From Minisyncoccota bacterium (GTDB taxonomy: Bacteria > Patescibacteriota > Microgenomatia > UBA1400 > PJMF01): 64,000 nt of DNA. A program made the position numbers and the translations under genes. The stretch covers positions 48,604 through 112,603 of the forward strand of contig JAAYYE010000012.1 in assembly GCA_012515515.1 (NCBI GenBank). Direction: 5' to 3'. How positions within the stretch are numbered: position 1 is the first letter of the stretch; each line of letters starts with the position of its first letter. The notes below the pieces were generated by a model. It made no database searches. It was not told where the DNA came from and saw only the letters and a program-made list of their open reading frames with translations. Below, in pieces: positions 40,079-53,182 of this stretch.

Positions 40079-41899
40079 ATGGCTCAGCTTTCGCGAATCA
40101 GAAATTTTTCTATTATTGCTCATGTCGATCACGGAAAAACCACTTTAACCGATGTTTTTTTGCGCTTAACCAATGCGGTGAGCAAATCGAAATTCCACGA
40201 ACGAATGATGGACTCTAATCCCATCGAACAAGAAAAAGGAGTGACTATTAAACTGGCTCCAGTGCGGATGAATTATAAAGGATATATCCTTAATTTAATT
40301 GATACACCAGGACATGTTGATTTTGCTTATGAAGTTAGTCGCTCGCTGGCCGCTTGCGAAGGAGCCGTTATGTTGGTTGATGCTACTCAGGGCGTACAAG
40401 CCCAAACCCTAGCCAACTATCAAAAGGCCAAGGATCTTGGTTTAAGCATTATTCCAGTGATCAATAAAATTGATTTGCCTTCAGCAAATATTGAACAATG
40501 TTTGCTAGAAATGATGGAAATTTTTAATTTTAAAGAAGATGAAATTTTGCAAGTAAGTGCTAAAACTGGTTCAGGCGTAGAAAAAATTTTAGAGACAATT
40601 ATTGAGAAAGTTCCACCACCTCAATTAACCCTGATCCAAGAAAGAACAAACAATAAATCAAACGCTAATGATGAAAATAAAAGCACTCAAGCCTTAATTA
40701 TCACTTCCAAATTCGACAATCATCAAGGAGCCATTGCCTATGTCAGAGTGGTTCGGGGTCAAATCGATAAAGAAAGCCTGCATTTAATATCTACCAACAC
40801 TAGTTTTAATCCAATTGAAATTGGCGTTTTTACTCCTGATCCGACCAAAAAAGAATTTCTTAGCGCTGGTGAGGTGGGTTACATTGCTACAGGATTAAAA
40901 GATACCAGTCAATTAAAAATTGGTGACACCATTACCAAGACCAAAGAAAGAAAATACGCTGGTAGCCTAGCTGGATATCAAGAACCACAAGTGATGGTGT
41001 TTATGGATCTTTATCCAATTGATAGTGCAGATTTTACTGAATTGAAGGAAGCGATGGCCAAATTACGCTTGCACGACAGTGCTCTTCAATATCAGGCCAC
41101 TAATTCGCCAGCTCTTGGCAATGGTTTAAGAGTGGGCTTTTTAGGTATTTTTCACGCAGAAATAGTTCAGGAAAGATTGCTTCGAGAATTTAATTTAGCA
41201 TTAATTAGCACTGCTCCTTCAATCACCTATCAAGTCACATTGTCCAATAATAATAGTATATTGATTCACAACCCCACAGAATTGCCTGATTCCAGTCAAA
41301 TTAAAGAAATTAAAGAGCCAATTTGTTCCCTCAATATTTTTACTCCAGAAAAATATTTATCCACAATTATGAAGTTTTGCCAAGAAAGACGAGCTGTCTT
41401 AAAAAACAGCTTGCGCGCAGGTAGTCGCAATCAACTTTACTATGAAATTCCTTTTGCAGAATTAGTTAGTGATTTTCACGATCAACTAAAATCAATCACT
41501 TCTGGTTTTGCCTCCATGGATTATCAACTAAGTCATTTTTCAGCGGTGGATGCGGTTAAAGTAGATATCGTAATTAATTTCAACAAAATAGAAGCGCTCA
41601 GCTTTATCACTATTAAAAGTAATGCTGATAAAAAAGCTAGAGCTATCGTCACCAAACTTAAAGAAGTTATACCTCGCCACATGTTTGAGGTGCCCATTCA
41701 AGCAGCCATCGGCGGCAAAATCATTGCTCGGGAAACCATTAAGGCCTTCCGCAAGGATGTGACTGCTAAGCTTTATGGTGGCGATCGCACCAGAAGAATG
41801 AAGCTCCTAAAAAAGCAAAGCATTGGTAAAAAGAGAATGAAACAGTTTGGACAAGTCCAACTGAATCAAGAAGCTTTTTTAGCTATTCTAGAAAATTAG
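40079..41899 (+). CDS. lepA: Elongation factor 4 (LepA)
   Basis: IRNFSIIAHVDHGKTT, DTPGHVDF, NKID and KDVTAKLYGGD motifs. Confidence 0.98.
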   Translation: MAQLSRIRNFSIIAHVDHGKTTLTDVFLRLTNAVSKSKFHERMMDSNPIEQEKGVTIKLAPVRMNYKGYILNLIDTPGHVDFAYEVSRSLAACEGAVMLVDATQGVQAQTLANYQKAKDLGLSIIPVINKIDLPSANIEQCLLEMMEIFNFKEDEILQVSAKTGSGVEKILETIIEKVPPPQLTLIQERTNNKSNANDENKSTQALIITSKFDNHQGAIAYVRVVRGQIDKESLHLISTNTSFNPIEIGVFTPDPTKKEFLSAGEVGYIATGLKDTSQLKIGDTITKTKERKYAGSLAGYQEPQVMVFMDLYPIDSADFTELKEAMAKLRLHDSALQYQATNSPALGNGLRVGFLGIFHAEIVQERLLREFNLALISTAPSITYQVTLSNNNSILIHNPTELPDSSQIKEIKEPICSLNIFTPEKYLSTIMKFCQERRAVLKNSLRAGSRNQLYYEIPFAELVSDFHDQLKSITSGFASMDYQLSHFSAVDAVKVDIVINFNKIEALSFITIKSNADKKARAIVTKLKEVIPRHMFEVPIQAAIGGKIIARETIKAFRKDVTAKLYGGDRTRRMKLLKKQSIGKKRMKQFGQVQLNQEAFLAILEN

Positions 41900-42660
41900 A
41901 ATAAACTGTTCGGCTCAAATCTAAAATAGCGAATCTGAGCGTCATTGCGAATAGTTGTTAACCATTCTTGTTGAGCAGTAGCACGCTTCTCTTGAATTAA
42001 TTGAGCTTTGATATCTTCTTTGATTTCTGCAAAATCTACTCCATCGCCCAACAATTCTTTATTGCTTTCAAAATACTCTAATACTTCCTCGTCACTGGCT
42101 TGAATTTTATCAGCCAAAACTTTATCAATTTGCAAGTTGAGTTTGAGATCTTTTTTAATATCATCTCTGGTAACACCTTGCATGGCTAATAAATCATCTA
42201 GACTTTGCCCCTGGGCGCTTAGGCTTTCTTCAATTTCTTTTAGCTGAGTATCAACTTCTTCATCGCTCACCTTGATATCTAGCTTCTTAATTTCTTGTTT
42301 GACCACCTCCATAGTGACCAAGGAATCTAAAATTTGGCTAGCACCTTGATTTTCTAATTCTTTAATCACTTGAAAACGAGTAATCGGTTTACCATTCACC
42401 ATGGCAACAATTAATTGATCCTTCAAAAACAACATAGCTAAAGCGATTAAAAGAATAATAATCGGCCATAACAATTGTTTTGGCTTAAGTTCTTTTGGCG
42501 CTATTGCTTCTTTTTTAACTTCTGGTTCTTGAATTACTGCTTTTACAACTTTTTTTACTGGAGTTTTCGCAACTTTGACTGTTTTTTGCACTACTGGCTT
42601 TTTTGCAGGACTTGTCTTTTTAGCCTGAGTTTTGGCTTTTTTAGTTTTTTTAGCTGACAT
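41896..42660 (-). CDS. SurA/PrsA N-terminal-domain foldase-like membrane protein lacking a PPIase domain
   Basis: Lys-rich tail, TM, AMVNGKPIT and VSDEEVD motifs. Confidence 0.75.
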   Translation of the reverse strand: MSAKKTKKAKTQAKKTSPAKKPVVQKTVKVAKTPVKKVVKAVIQEPEVKKEAIAPKELKPKQLLWPIIILLIALAMLFLKDQLIVAMVNGKPITRFQVIKELENQGASQILDSLVTMEVVKQEIKKLDIKVSDEEVDTQLKEIEESLSAQGQSLDDLLAMQGVTRDDIKKDLKLNLQIDKVLADKIQASDEEVLEYFESNKELLGDGVDFAEIKEDIKAQLIQEKRATAQQEWLTTIRNDAQIRYFRFEPNSLF

Positions 42661-42820
42661 ATCAACCTTTCTTTAATTAAAAGAATCTGATTTATTAAGC
42701 ATATTTAATAAAAAAATCAGACTGCTCCAAAGTTAACATTTTTTTTCAAAAATTACTAGGGGAAAAACCTTTTATTAACATGTATAATAGTTACTGATAT
42801 AATTAAAATAAGATAAATTA

Positions 42821-43444
42821 ATGAAAAAACCAGTAAGACAAATCGATGATTATTCAGAAGTCATGCGACAAGAGACTCCAAGTAATAATTGTCTAAGAGC
42901 TTTTATCCCCAAACCTAAAAAAATTTCTTTTGAAATTCAAGATCATGAGGAAAAAATTGTTCTAGTGCTACGACAGCATCCAATTACTCAGATTAAAAGC
43001 GTGCTCATGATCCTTTTCTTGTTTGTATTTCTACCGTTCTTACTAAAAGTAGCTGGCTTGACTGCTGTTCTTCCAGATAAATTTAGAGTTGCTGGAAATA
43101 TTTTCCTTTTCTTTCTAGCTATTGGTATAGCTTTCCGTTCCTTTCTAATGTGGTTTTTTAACGTTTACATTATTACCGATGAAAGAATTATTGACGTTGA
43201 TTTTATATCAATGATTTATAAAAATATTTCCACTGCAAAAATAGATAATATCGAAGATATTACCAAAAAATCCTCAGGTATCGTTGCTAATCTTTTTGAT
43301 TATGGCACGATCTTAATTCAAACAGCTGCAACCAAGAATGAGTTTGAATTTGATCATGTTCCTCATCCAGCAAAAGTAGTTAAATTGCTAAATGAATTAG
43401 TGATCGAAGAAGAAAGAGAAAAAATTGAAGGGAGAGTTAATTAG
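42821..43444 (+). CDS. Membrane protein with bacterial PH domain
   Basis: LRQHP, two TMs, YIITDERIID and FDYGTILIQTA motifs. Confidence 0.8.
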   Translation: MKKPVRQIDDYSEVMRQETPSNNCLRAFIPKPKKISFEIQDHEEKIVLVLRQHPITQIKSVLMILFLFVFLPFLLKVAGLTAVLPDKFRVAGNIFLFFLAIGIAFRSFLMWFFNVYIITDERIIDVDFISMIYKNISTAKIDNIEDITKKSSGIVANLFDYGTILIQTAATKNEFEFDHVPHPAKVVKLLNELVIEEEREKIEGRVN

Positions 43445-43668
43445 TGCCAGAATTTTATCTTAATCAAAATTTTATTTCTATCTTACTTAAAATTTTTTTT
43501 GTGCTTGGAGCAAGTTTTTATCTGGTTTATTCTGTAGTTGTTGTCCGACAAATTACAGTCATGAAAAAAACTTTAATTACTGGTTTTAGCAGTGTGATTA
43601 ATTTGTTGGGAATGATTAATCTAGTTATGGCTGCAATACTCTTGCTTGCCTTTATATTGTTTCTCTAA
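43444..43668 (+). CDS. Small two-TM protein (DUF5657-like)
   Basis: YLVYSVVVVRQITVMKKT motif; overlaps the upstream stop. Confidence 0.65.
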   Translation: MPEFYLNQNFISILLKIFFVLGASFYLVYSVVVVRQITVMKKTLITGFSSVINLLGMINLVMAAILLLAFILFL

Positions 43669-43682
43669 TAAAAAAACCCTTG

Positions 43683-43801
43683 GTTCTGGCCTCGACCTAT
43701 CTTCGCAAGGGGAAACCCCTAACTATTGTCAGCGCTGAGACGTTTCAAGACTCTGTTCGGGATGGGAAGAGTTGGGACCATCTCGCTCCAGAGACCAGAA
43801 C
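43683..43801 (-). rRNA. rrf: 5S rRNA
   Basis: Minus strand contains CCCATCCCGAAC and GATAGGT..GGCCAG; paired helix I ends; downstream of 23S; ends approximate. Confidence 0.92.
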
Positions 43802-43910
43802 CAAAGGTTTTTTATTTATTTGTTAATTATATAGCACAACTGTGCTTAAACATGTGAAGAAGTCAACCGTCACCCAATAATAGTCTTGAGAATTAACGAA
43901 AACTGATTCC

Positions 43911-46823
<2,913 letters not shown>

Positions 46824-46879
46824 CGAATCATTGAAGTCTTCATTTTTTCTCGACTATTATTGAATAACAGTTGATAAAA

Positions 46880-46905
46880 TTCTTCACATGTTAAAGAACA
46901 GTTGT
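46880..46905 (-). promoter_or_regulatory. boxA-like antiterminator and 5' strand of the 23S processing stem
   Basis: TGTTCTTTAACA (11/12 to E. coli boxA TGCTCTTTAACA); segment is complementary to 43836-43861 on the other side of the 23S. Confidence 0.75.
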
Positions 46906-47020
46906 TTGCCAAACAAACATTTTAACAATATTTGGTGGCTACTTATTAGCCTCTAGAAGTTCCGTTAGGAAAACATCCAAAGCCTAATAAGCAAACACCA
47001 ATTTAATTTTAATTATAGAG

Positions 47021-47094
47021 TGGACCCTAAGGGGCTCGAACCCTTGACCTCCACATTGCAAATGTGGCGCTCTAGCCAACTGAGCTAAGGGCCC
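47021..47094 (-). tRNA. tRNA-Ala(TGC)
   Basis: GGGCCCT/AGGGTCC acceptor with G3-U70 identity pair; anticodon TGC; GTTCGA T loop. Confidence 0.96.
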
Positions 47095-47189
47095 AATTTT
47101 AAGCCGCTGTCAAAAACCACGCTATTCTATTTGTTGACGGAGGGAATCCTGATGGGTAGACCCATAACGGATTGTCGCGAGGAGTTGTA

Positions 47190-47218
47190 ATTATAAAATC
47201 AAACAAATAAGAATGCAA
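47190..47218 (-). promoter_or_regulatory. Promoter of the tRNA-Ala-23S-5S unit
   Basis: TTGCAT-17 nt-TATAAT about 95 nt upstream of tRNA-Ala. Confidence 0.8.
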
Positions 47219-47241
47219 GAGCAAATCAGACTAAAATTTAC

Positions 47242-49581
47242 TTACAATAATTGCGCTCGCTGACCGATTTCCTCTTCAAGTAATTCTTTGTCCTTGCCGT
47301 ATTTAAGCCGTGATAGTTTTTTAATTAGTTCTGATAATTTAGGATTCATTTTGGCCTCCTGAGCCTTAATGTCTTTTAAGAGTGACATGCTAAACGCACT
47401 TACCGGTTGATTATCAACAATAGTCTTTATATAAGCGTGATATTTATCGACATTGGCCAAGTCTGTTTCATTAAAAGTTGGTGAGAATTCATGTTGTAAA
47501 AAATTAGCATCAGTGACACCGACGCGAAAAGCCACCATCGTCCCCACATTACCAAAAACAGCATTTTTAATATCTTCTTCGATTTGACCAATAAATTGGT
47601 TAGCGACTATTAAATTTAAGCGATATTTACGAGCTTCAGACAAAATAGAAGCAAAATCTTCGGTGGCAAAGTTTTGAAATTCATCCACATAAAGGAAAAA
47701 GTCATTACGTTTCTCCATCGCGACATTTTGACGACTCATGGCAGCGGTTAAAATTTTAGGCACTAAAATTAAACCCAAAAATTTAGCATCTTCTTCACCA
47801 ATGACGCCTTTACTCAAATTACACAGAATAATTTTCTTCTCATCCATTGCCTTGCGAAAATCAAAAGCACTTTCACTTTGGCCAATGATGTTGCGCATGG
47901 TTTTGTTGGTCACAAAACGACCAAATTTCGAAACAATATAATCTAAGACTTCAGATTTGTGGAAATCACTGGTGCTCGCAATCTGGTCAGTCCAATAGCG
48001 CTTAACCATCGGATCTTTGACAAAAGGCAAATAATCTTCAACATATTTAGAATCAGTCAAAATTCTTACCAATTCAATAAAAGTTGCTCCAGGCTTGGCC
48101 ATAATGGTTAACATTCCATTGCGAATGGCGTGCTCAAAACGTGGACCAACAATTCCTGTTCGATGAGGATCGTAGAGCTTATACATTAAACCGATTACCG
48201 CGCTGGCCATAAATTGTTGCTGCTCTTCATTATGGGCTTCCATAATGTTCATCCCCAGTGGTCGCTCAGTATCGGCTGGATTAAAATAAATAACATCCTC
48301 GGCTCTTTCTGGAGGCATTAATTGCAATAAATCCTCAACCAGATCGCCGTGAGGATCAATGACTGCCACTCCTTGGCCGTTTTGAATATCCTGCAGAGCC
48401 AAATCTTTCAAAAATTCTGATTTACCTGTGCCTGTTTTTCCAATGATATAAGTGTGACGACGGCGATCTTCAAGAGACATATAAATCCCTCGTTCGACGC
48501 CTCGATATTTTGATTTACCCAAATACAAGCCTTTAGTGGGAATTTTATTTGAGGCTGGTGCGCTTTTAGCACTTAACCAACGCATATGGTGAGTTTCAAC
48601 TGTTTTATTAGGGAAATGCATTAGAGTAGCTAGTTCTTCAGTATTCAGAATGGTTTTTCTTAAGGGAATAAAAGACAGGTAGCGGTAAATAAAGTCGATC
48701 ATAAATGAGTGTTTAAAAAGGATGTTTCTTCTTTTAAATTCGTTATAAGGAGAAGAAAACTGAGAAAAAGCGCCAATTAAATTATTTAAATGAGCTTTGG
48801 CAGTCATGTCATTATTGGCTGAAACAACCATACGAATAGCAGTTTTAAAACCTGGTTTACTAATTTTAGTATTAATGGCTTCAACTTCTTTGGGGTCATG
48901 AGTGTAACTAGCTGTATCTGGATTAGCTTCTTGTTTTTTTTGCTTTTGATTATGACGTTCGCCTTTTATCTGCCAACCCCTTCCGGCCGGTTGCAGTAAA
49001 ATTTGTAAAGTGGCTCCTTCACCATCACTCATTTTCGATAAGGCACTGGTAATTAAAGACAAACCATCAGTTGGCAAATCTTTGTAAGTTTTAATTGGAT
49101 AAAAACTGGCTTTATCCAACTTTAGATCACTAAACGCGACTCGACCCGTATCACTAAAAATATTAACTTCATCGACTTCACTAATGGCCGCTGATGGATA
49201 AGCTCCATTAATTTGTTTTTCTACCAAATCTTGAATATGGCGAGGACAAGTAACATAAAAAGCAATATCTTCTTTCAGACCTATAATTTCAAAACCAATA
49301 GTTTCTTCAGGTTCTAAGAATGAAAAAGCGCCAACCTTTTTTAGTGAATAAAGACCTGCAAACATTTGTTCCGCAGCATCAATCTTAATTTCATTACTTT
49401 TTGGCAACTTAACCAGTAAGGTGACAAAATTAAGAGCATATTTCTCTCGACGCCTATTTTTAATAAAGATGCTTAGAGAATAAAGTAAAAAAGCTACTAC
49501 ACCCACCAAAATTAAAACCGTTAAAAAATTTAAGACAAAATTATTGGCGCTAGATAGTATTTGTTCTCCTTGTGGCGACAT
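47242..49581 (-). CDS. VirB4/TraG/HerA-like membrane-anchored ATPase
   Basis: N-terminal TM, HTYIIGKTGTGKS Walker A, IDPHGD, YVDEFQNF Walker B and SEARKY...ANQF. Confidence 0.88.
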   Translation of the reverse strand: MSPQGEQILSSANNFVLNFLTVLILVGVVAFLLYSLSIFIKNRRREKYALNFVTLLVKLPKSNEIKIDAAEQMFAGLYSLKKVGAFSFLEPEETIGFEIIGLKEDIAFYVTCPRHIQDLVEKQINGAYPSAAISEVDEVNIFSDTGRVAFSDLKLDKASFYPIKTYKDLPTDGLSLITSALSKMSDGEGATLQILLQPAGRGWQIKGERHNQKQKKQEANPDTASYTHDPKEVEAINTKISKPGFKTAIRMVVSANNDMTAKAHLNNLIGAFSQFSSPYNEFKRRNILFKHSFMIDFIYRYLSFIPLRKTILNTEELATLMHFPNKTVETHHMRWLSAKSAPASNKIPTKGLYLGKSKYRGVERGIYMSLEDRRRHTYIIGKTGTGKSEFLKDLALQDIQNGQGVAVIDPHGDLVEDLLQLMPPERAEDVIYFNPADTERPLGMNIMEAHNEEQQQFMASAVIGLMYKLYDPHRTGIVGPRFEHAIRNGMLTIMAKPGATFIELVRILTDSKYVEDYLPFVKDPMVKRYWTDQIASTSDFHKSEVLDYIVSKFGRFVTNKTMRNIIGQSESAFDFRKAMDEKKIILCNLSKGVIGEEDAKFLGLILVPKILTAAMSRQNVAMEKRNDFFLYVDEFQNFATEDFASILSEARKYRLNLIVANQFIGQIEEDIKNAVFGNVGTMVAFRVGVTDANFLQHEFSPTFNETDLANVDKYHAYIKTIVDNQPVSAFSMSLLKDIKAQEAKMNPKLSELIKKLSRLKYGKDKELLEEEIGQRAQLL

Positions 49582-49614
49582 ACTTGTTTATTTTATTCTA
49601 ATATTTTATCAATT

Positions 49615-50304
49615 TTAAACATCAGTACTATTTTCGACTTCTTCTTTATATAGTACTGCTCCTGAGAAAATTTTTCTGATTTTATCAGCCCATTCGGCTA
49701 ACCAACGCAAACTAAAATTCAGGCCTTTTTTCTTGGCTTCTGTTTTTTGCTTTTCTGTAATGGGTAAAACAACCACCGGTTTAACCTGGCTTGGCGCGGT
49801 CTGGGCTTGACCAGCAAGCTGATCTATGGCGCTTTGTTGTTTTTCGGCCAGCTCTTTGGCTTCTTGCTCTCGATCAACTTCTTTGATTTCGCTCAATTCT
49901 TGACCAAGCTCTCTTATTTCTGAAGCTTCGCTGGATTTAATTAGTTCCGCTACTGGAGCGTTTTCACTAGCTTGCTGCTCAGTTGAGGGAGTTTTTTCTG
50001 GAGCTACTTGAGTTTCTAGCTGGCTATTGCCCAGCTCAGCTAAATCTAGCTGAGCTTCTGGCACAGCCGTATCAGCCGGTCGAATTAATTCTTTTTGACG
50101 CGACTGAGTTGATGAAGCAGCTGGTCGTTGTTGCTCAACTTCATTGATGGCATCTTCCAGCAAGTCTAAGGCTTGTCGATTTGATATTAAGTTTGTTGAT
50201 TTATCACTGGAGAGTGACTGAGCAGTTAAAAATTGAGCCAAGTTTGGATATTTCTTCAAGTCTAGATTTTGTAATAAAGGAACTGTAGCTCGATCGTTAG
50301 GCAT
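49615..50304 (-). CDS. Hypothetical protein with low-complexity middle and WLAEW C-terminal motif
   Basis: Long ORF directly upstream of the ATPase; Glu/Gln/Pro-rich linker. Confidence 0.65.
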   Translation of the reverse strand: MPNDRATVPLLQNLDLKKYPNLAQFLTAQSLSSDKSTNLISNRQALDLLEDAINEVEQQRPAASSTQSRQKELIRPADTAVPEAQLDLAELGNSQLETQVAPEKTPSTEQQASENAPVAELIKSSEASEIRELGQELSEIKEVDREQEAKELAEKQQSAIDQLAGQAQTAPSQVKPVVVLPITEKQKTEAKKKGLNFSLRWLAEWADKIRKIFSGAVLYKEEVENSTDV

Positions 50305-50346
50305 GAATCCATCATACAAGTTTTTGCTTGAGAAAAAAAGAGAGAG

Positions 50347-50865
50347 TTAAAAAAGGCTTAAATAGAGCTTGTCCCCCAACATTTCTTCTGACAGAAAATC
50401 TGGATTGGTCTCGAGCACCCAATCTACTTTTTGAGGCGATGGATAAATCGGCAAGGTATCGGTGGGAGTTGTTGGTTCAGGTGCCAGTGCCCGCCTCGTA
50501 CAATTTACTAATTTTTTATCCTCTATCCAGCAAATATCGATGTCGAATTGCACATCTTTCATCCAAAATTGCCGAATTTTTGTTTCTGGAAAAATAAAGA
50601 GCATGCCGTCAATCTCTTGGCCATTAATGCTTTGTAATTGCGAACGAGATGACAAGCCTTGCCGCACAGAATTTTCACTTTTTGCCACCTCAACTAATAG
50701 AGTTTGTCCTTGACGAGAAAAAAAGTTGTTTTTGATCTGCAATTTGACTAATTGACCATCTTTAACAAAAAACTGCCAAAGCTGACTCTGATAAAACAGT
50801 ATTAAACAAACAAAGAAAAAGACTACTACTATTAATAGTTTAATTTTTTTAAGCTTATTTGACAT
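50347..50865 (-). CDS. DUF192 family protein
   Basis: VEVA...QGLS, GMLFIF, FWMKD..FDIDI and VLE motifs. Confidence 0.88.
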   Translation of the reverse strand: MSNKLKKIKLLIVVVFFFVCLILFYQSQLWQFFVKDGQLVKLQIKNNFFSRQGQTLLVEVAKSENSVRQGLSSRSQLQSINGQEIDGMLFIFPETKIRQFWMKDVQFDIDICWIEDKKLVNCTRRALAPEPTTPTDTLPIYPSPQKVDWVLETNPDFLSEEMLGDKLYLSLF

Positions 50866-50880
50866 TGAGCGCTCAAGTAA

Positions 50881-51378
50881 TTAGTAAAGTAATAAAAACA
50901 ATATTAATAAAAAATAGGCAGATGAAACTATTTGAATAATCCTCATCTCAGATAAATTTACTCGCTTCTTGGTGTTTTGCAAAAAATTTTGATTAAAAAG
51001 ATCTTCTTTAGTACTCAATTGCCAAATTTCAATCAATATGACTAAATTGAGTGCCATGATTAGACCTATGCCAACCACACTACCCGTAGAAGTGAGCACG
51101 AAAATACTTAAAAAAGGTAAAATTAAAATAAATAAGGGACTGCGCGTAATTAAGATTTTCTCTTCTAGTTCATCAAGATAGATTTTTTGCAAATATTTTT
51201 CATCACCCAACATTAAAAATAAGCCCAAGCCGTATGAAAAAATAAATAATAAAATTTGCGACCATGAATTACTTATGTCCCAGTGCTGCTTGATCAACAA
51301 AAACAAAACAAAAAGGATTAAAACCACTAATAAAATAATTTTTTTAACTTGCTCTTCTTTCTTATTAAATATCTTCAT
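50881..51378 (-). CDS. Hypothetical integral membrane protein
   Basis: About 5 TMs; TRSPLF and FVLTSTGS..G motifs. Confidence 0.65.
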   Translation of the reverse strand: MKIFNKKEEQVKKIILLVVLILFVLFLLIKQHWDISNSWSQILLFIFSYGLGLFLMLGDEKYLQKIYLDELEEKILITRSPLFILILPFLSIFVLTSTGSVVGIGLIMALNLVILIEIWQLSTKEDLFNQNFLQNTKKRVNLSEMRIIQIVSSAYFLLILFLLLY

Positions 51379-51392
51379 AAGCAAAATTACAT

Positions 51393-52631
51393 TTAATTAT
51401 TAAAACCTTTTAAAGATAAAATTTTCTGGCTAGTTTGATCAACCAATCTTTGAAAATCTAAAGATTCTTCATATTTGCTCTCCAAATCATTAATGAGGGA
51501 ATTTAATTGGGCGTAATCAAAGCCTTTGCCGAAAAGCAAAACATGATTGCCAGCTTCAATTGCTTCAATGGCAATTGTTGAAAGGGGCTTTTTTTCCTTA
51601 CTTCCAGGTATATAACTGGCCGATTCCATTAATAAATCATCAGTAATTACTAAGACATTAGGATAAAACTGAAAAAGTTGATCCAAACACTGTTTGCTTA
51701 AAGAACAGGCTTGACCAGCTAATTTATCTTGGATTCGCACGTGAGTCGACATTACTCCAATATTGGGATATTGATCTAAAATTTTTTCAAAAATTAAAGT
51801 ATCGTTTTTATCTAAAATCACTGTGTCTTGATTGAAATGTAAATCCTGCGCAATACTGCCAATTCCAGGAAAATGTTTCAAAACTGGCATAATTCGCCAA
51901 TTGGAAAAAGCCCTAATATATTCCTGAGCAACTTGCACAATATTATCTGGATCATTGCCAATTCTACTGCTTAAAATCGGATTGTGTGTTGGCGAATAAT
52001 CCACCATCGGCGCTAAAATTAAATTAATGCCCGCTTCAGATAATTCTTGAGCTGATTGATTAAGCAGCTTATTTCTCTCTCTAGCATTAAGTGATGTTGA
52101 GTCCACATCATCTTCAGAAGAGCTAACGCTCTCAGTAAATAGGCGCATGCTGGGCAAAATACTAAAGCCTTCTCCACTGAAACGTTGCACTAGGCCCCCT
52201 TCATGATCAACAGCTAACAAGGGCAAAAATTGGGACTCAAAGTGATCAAGTAAAAAGCTTTGATATTTTTTTGCTGCTGCGTAAGAAATTTCTTCACCAA
52301 AATAGATGATGAAGCCTGGTTTGTGTTCGATTAATAATTTTAGGGTTTCATTTTCTTCTAAATTAATGTCATTATTTACAGAATCTGTGTTGCTATCTTC
52401 AGCGGAGATTTCATGTTCAATCACTAGAGGCAACATTAGCATTTGACTAATTTTTTCTCTAGTAGTTAAATCGGTAAGACTTAACTCTTGTTCTTGCTCT
52501 TCTGGCAAATCAGCTGGCTCATCTAGAACTGGTTCGGGAAAATACTTTAAAAAGGGTTGTGCAAAATAGTTGTAAGCTAAAAAAGCTGCTAAAAGTGCTA
52601 AACAAACAATTAAAAGATTGCGCCATTTCAT
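51393..52631 (-). CDS. Glycoside hydrolase family 3, beta-N-acetylhexosaminidase (NagZ-like), membrane-anchored
   Basis: N-terminal TM/signal; VDHEGG.VQR, APMVD, KHFPGIG...DLH and ITDDL motifs. Confidence 0.88.
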   Translation of the reverse strand: MKWRNLLIVCLALLAAFLAYNYFAQPFLKYFPEPVLDEPADLPEEQEQELSLTDLTTREKISQMLMLPLVIEHEISAEDSNTDSVNNDINLEENETLKLLIEHKPGFIIYFGEEISYAAAKKYQSFLLDHFESQFLPLLAVDHEGGLVQRFSGEGFSILPSMRLFTESVSSSEDDVDSTSLNARERNKLLNQSAQELSEAGINLILAPMVDYSPTHNPILSSRIGNDPDNIVQVAQEYIRAFSNWRIMPVLKHFPGIGSIAQDLHFNQDTVILDKNDTLIFEKILDQYPNIGVMSTHVRIQDKLAGQACSLSKQCLDQLFQFYPNVLVITDDLLMESASYIPGSKEKKPLSTIAIEAIEAGNHVLLFGKGFDYAQLNSLINDLESKYEESLDFQRLVDQTSQKILSLKGFNN

Positions 52632-52643
52632 AAAATCATTTTA

Positions 52644-53138
52644 CTAAAGTTTTTGCTTTTTCTCGCCTGCTGTTTTACTTTGCTTGGCTGTTTTCTCTTT
52701 TTTAAGCAGATCTAGTTTCCACATAAAAAGCTTGGCTTTGCTTCTAGCATTGTGCGCATCACTTACAAAAGCCAAAGCCTGTTCCAGAATCGCTCGAGGA
52801 TAAGTTTTAGCTAATTTAATATACAGCGAAGTGCGAGCTTGATCTTCTAAAACAGTAGCCATATGACAGCCAAAAGCTTGGAATTCTTGGCTAATATATT
52901 TATTACTAGCCTTGATGGGATGATTGCTCAGCAAGTCAGATATCGCGCTAAATGGCTGCTTTTGCTGGCCAAAATCTTGATTTAGATCGCTGTCTTTTCT
53001 TAGTTCATTATCTTTTTTTTGAGAGTTTTGCCTTAAACCTAGCTCTTTATTTTTGCTCAATAAATTGTCATCAAAAAGAGTTTGTTCGGTGATTTTGATT
53101 GATTTAGCTTGTTTTTTACTTTTTCTTGTAAGAGGCAT
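52644..53138 (-). CDS. Hypothetical protein with compact helical C-domain
   Basis: YISQEFQ...SLYIKLAK...KLFMWKL segment; function unknown. Confidence 0.65.
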   Translation of the reverse strand: MPLTRKSKKQAKSIKITEQTLFDDNLLSKNKELGLRQNSQKKDNELRKDSDLNQDFGQQKQPFSAISDLLSNHPIKASNKYISQEFQAFGCHMATVLEDQARTSLYIKLAKTYPRAILEQALAFVSDAHNARSKAKLFMWKLDLLKKEKTAKQSKTAGEKKQKL

Positions 53139-53182
53139 AAAAAGTTTACTTTTTTGCTATTGTAAAAGCAAAAAGAAACAAA

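Noticed and set aside
47139-47172. GGATTCCCTCC as a remnant of the 16S 3' end
   Set aside because: Only a loose match to GGATCACCTCC, and the preceding hairpin lacks the helix 45 GGAA loop
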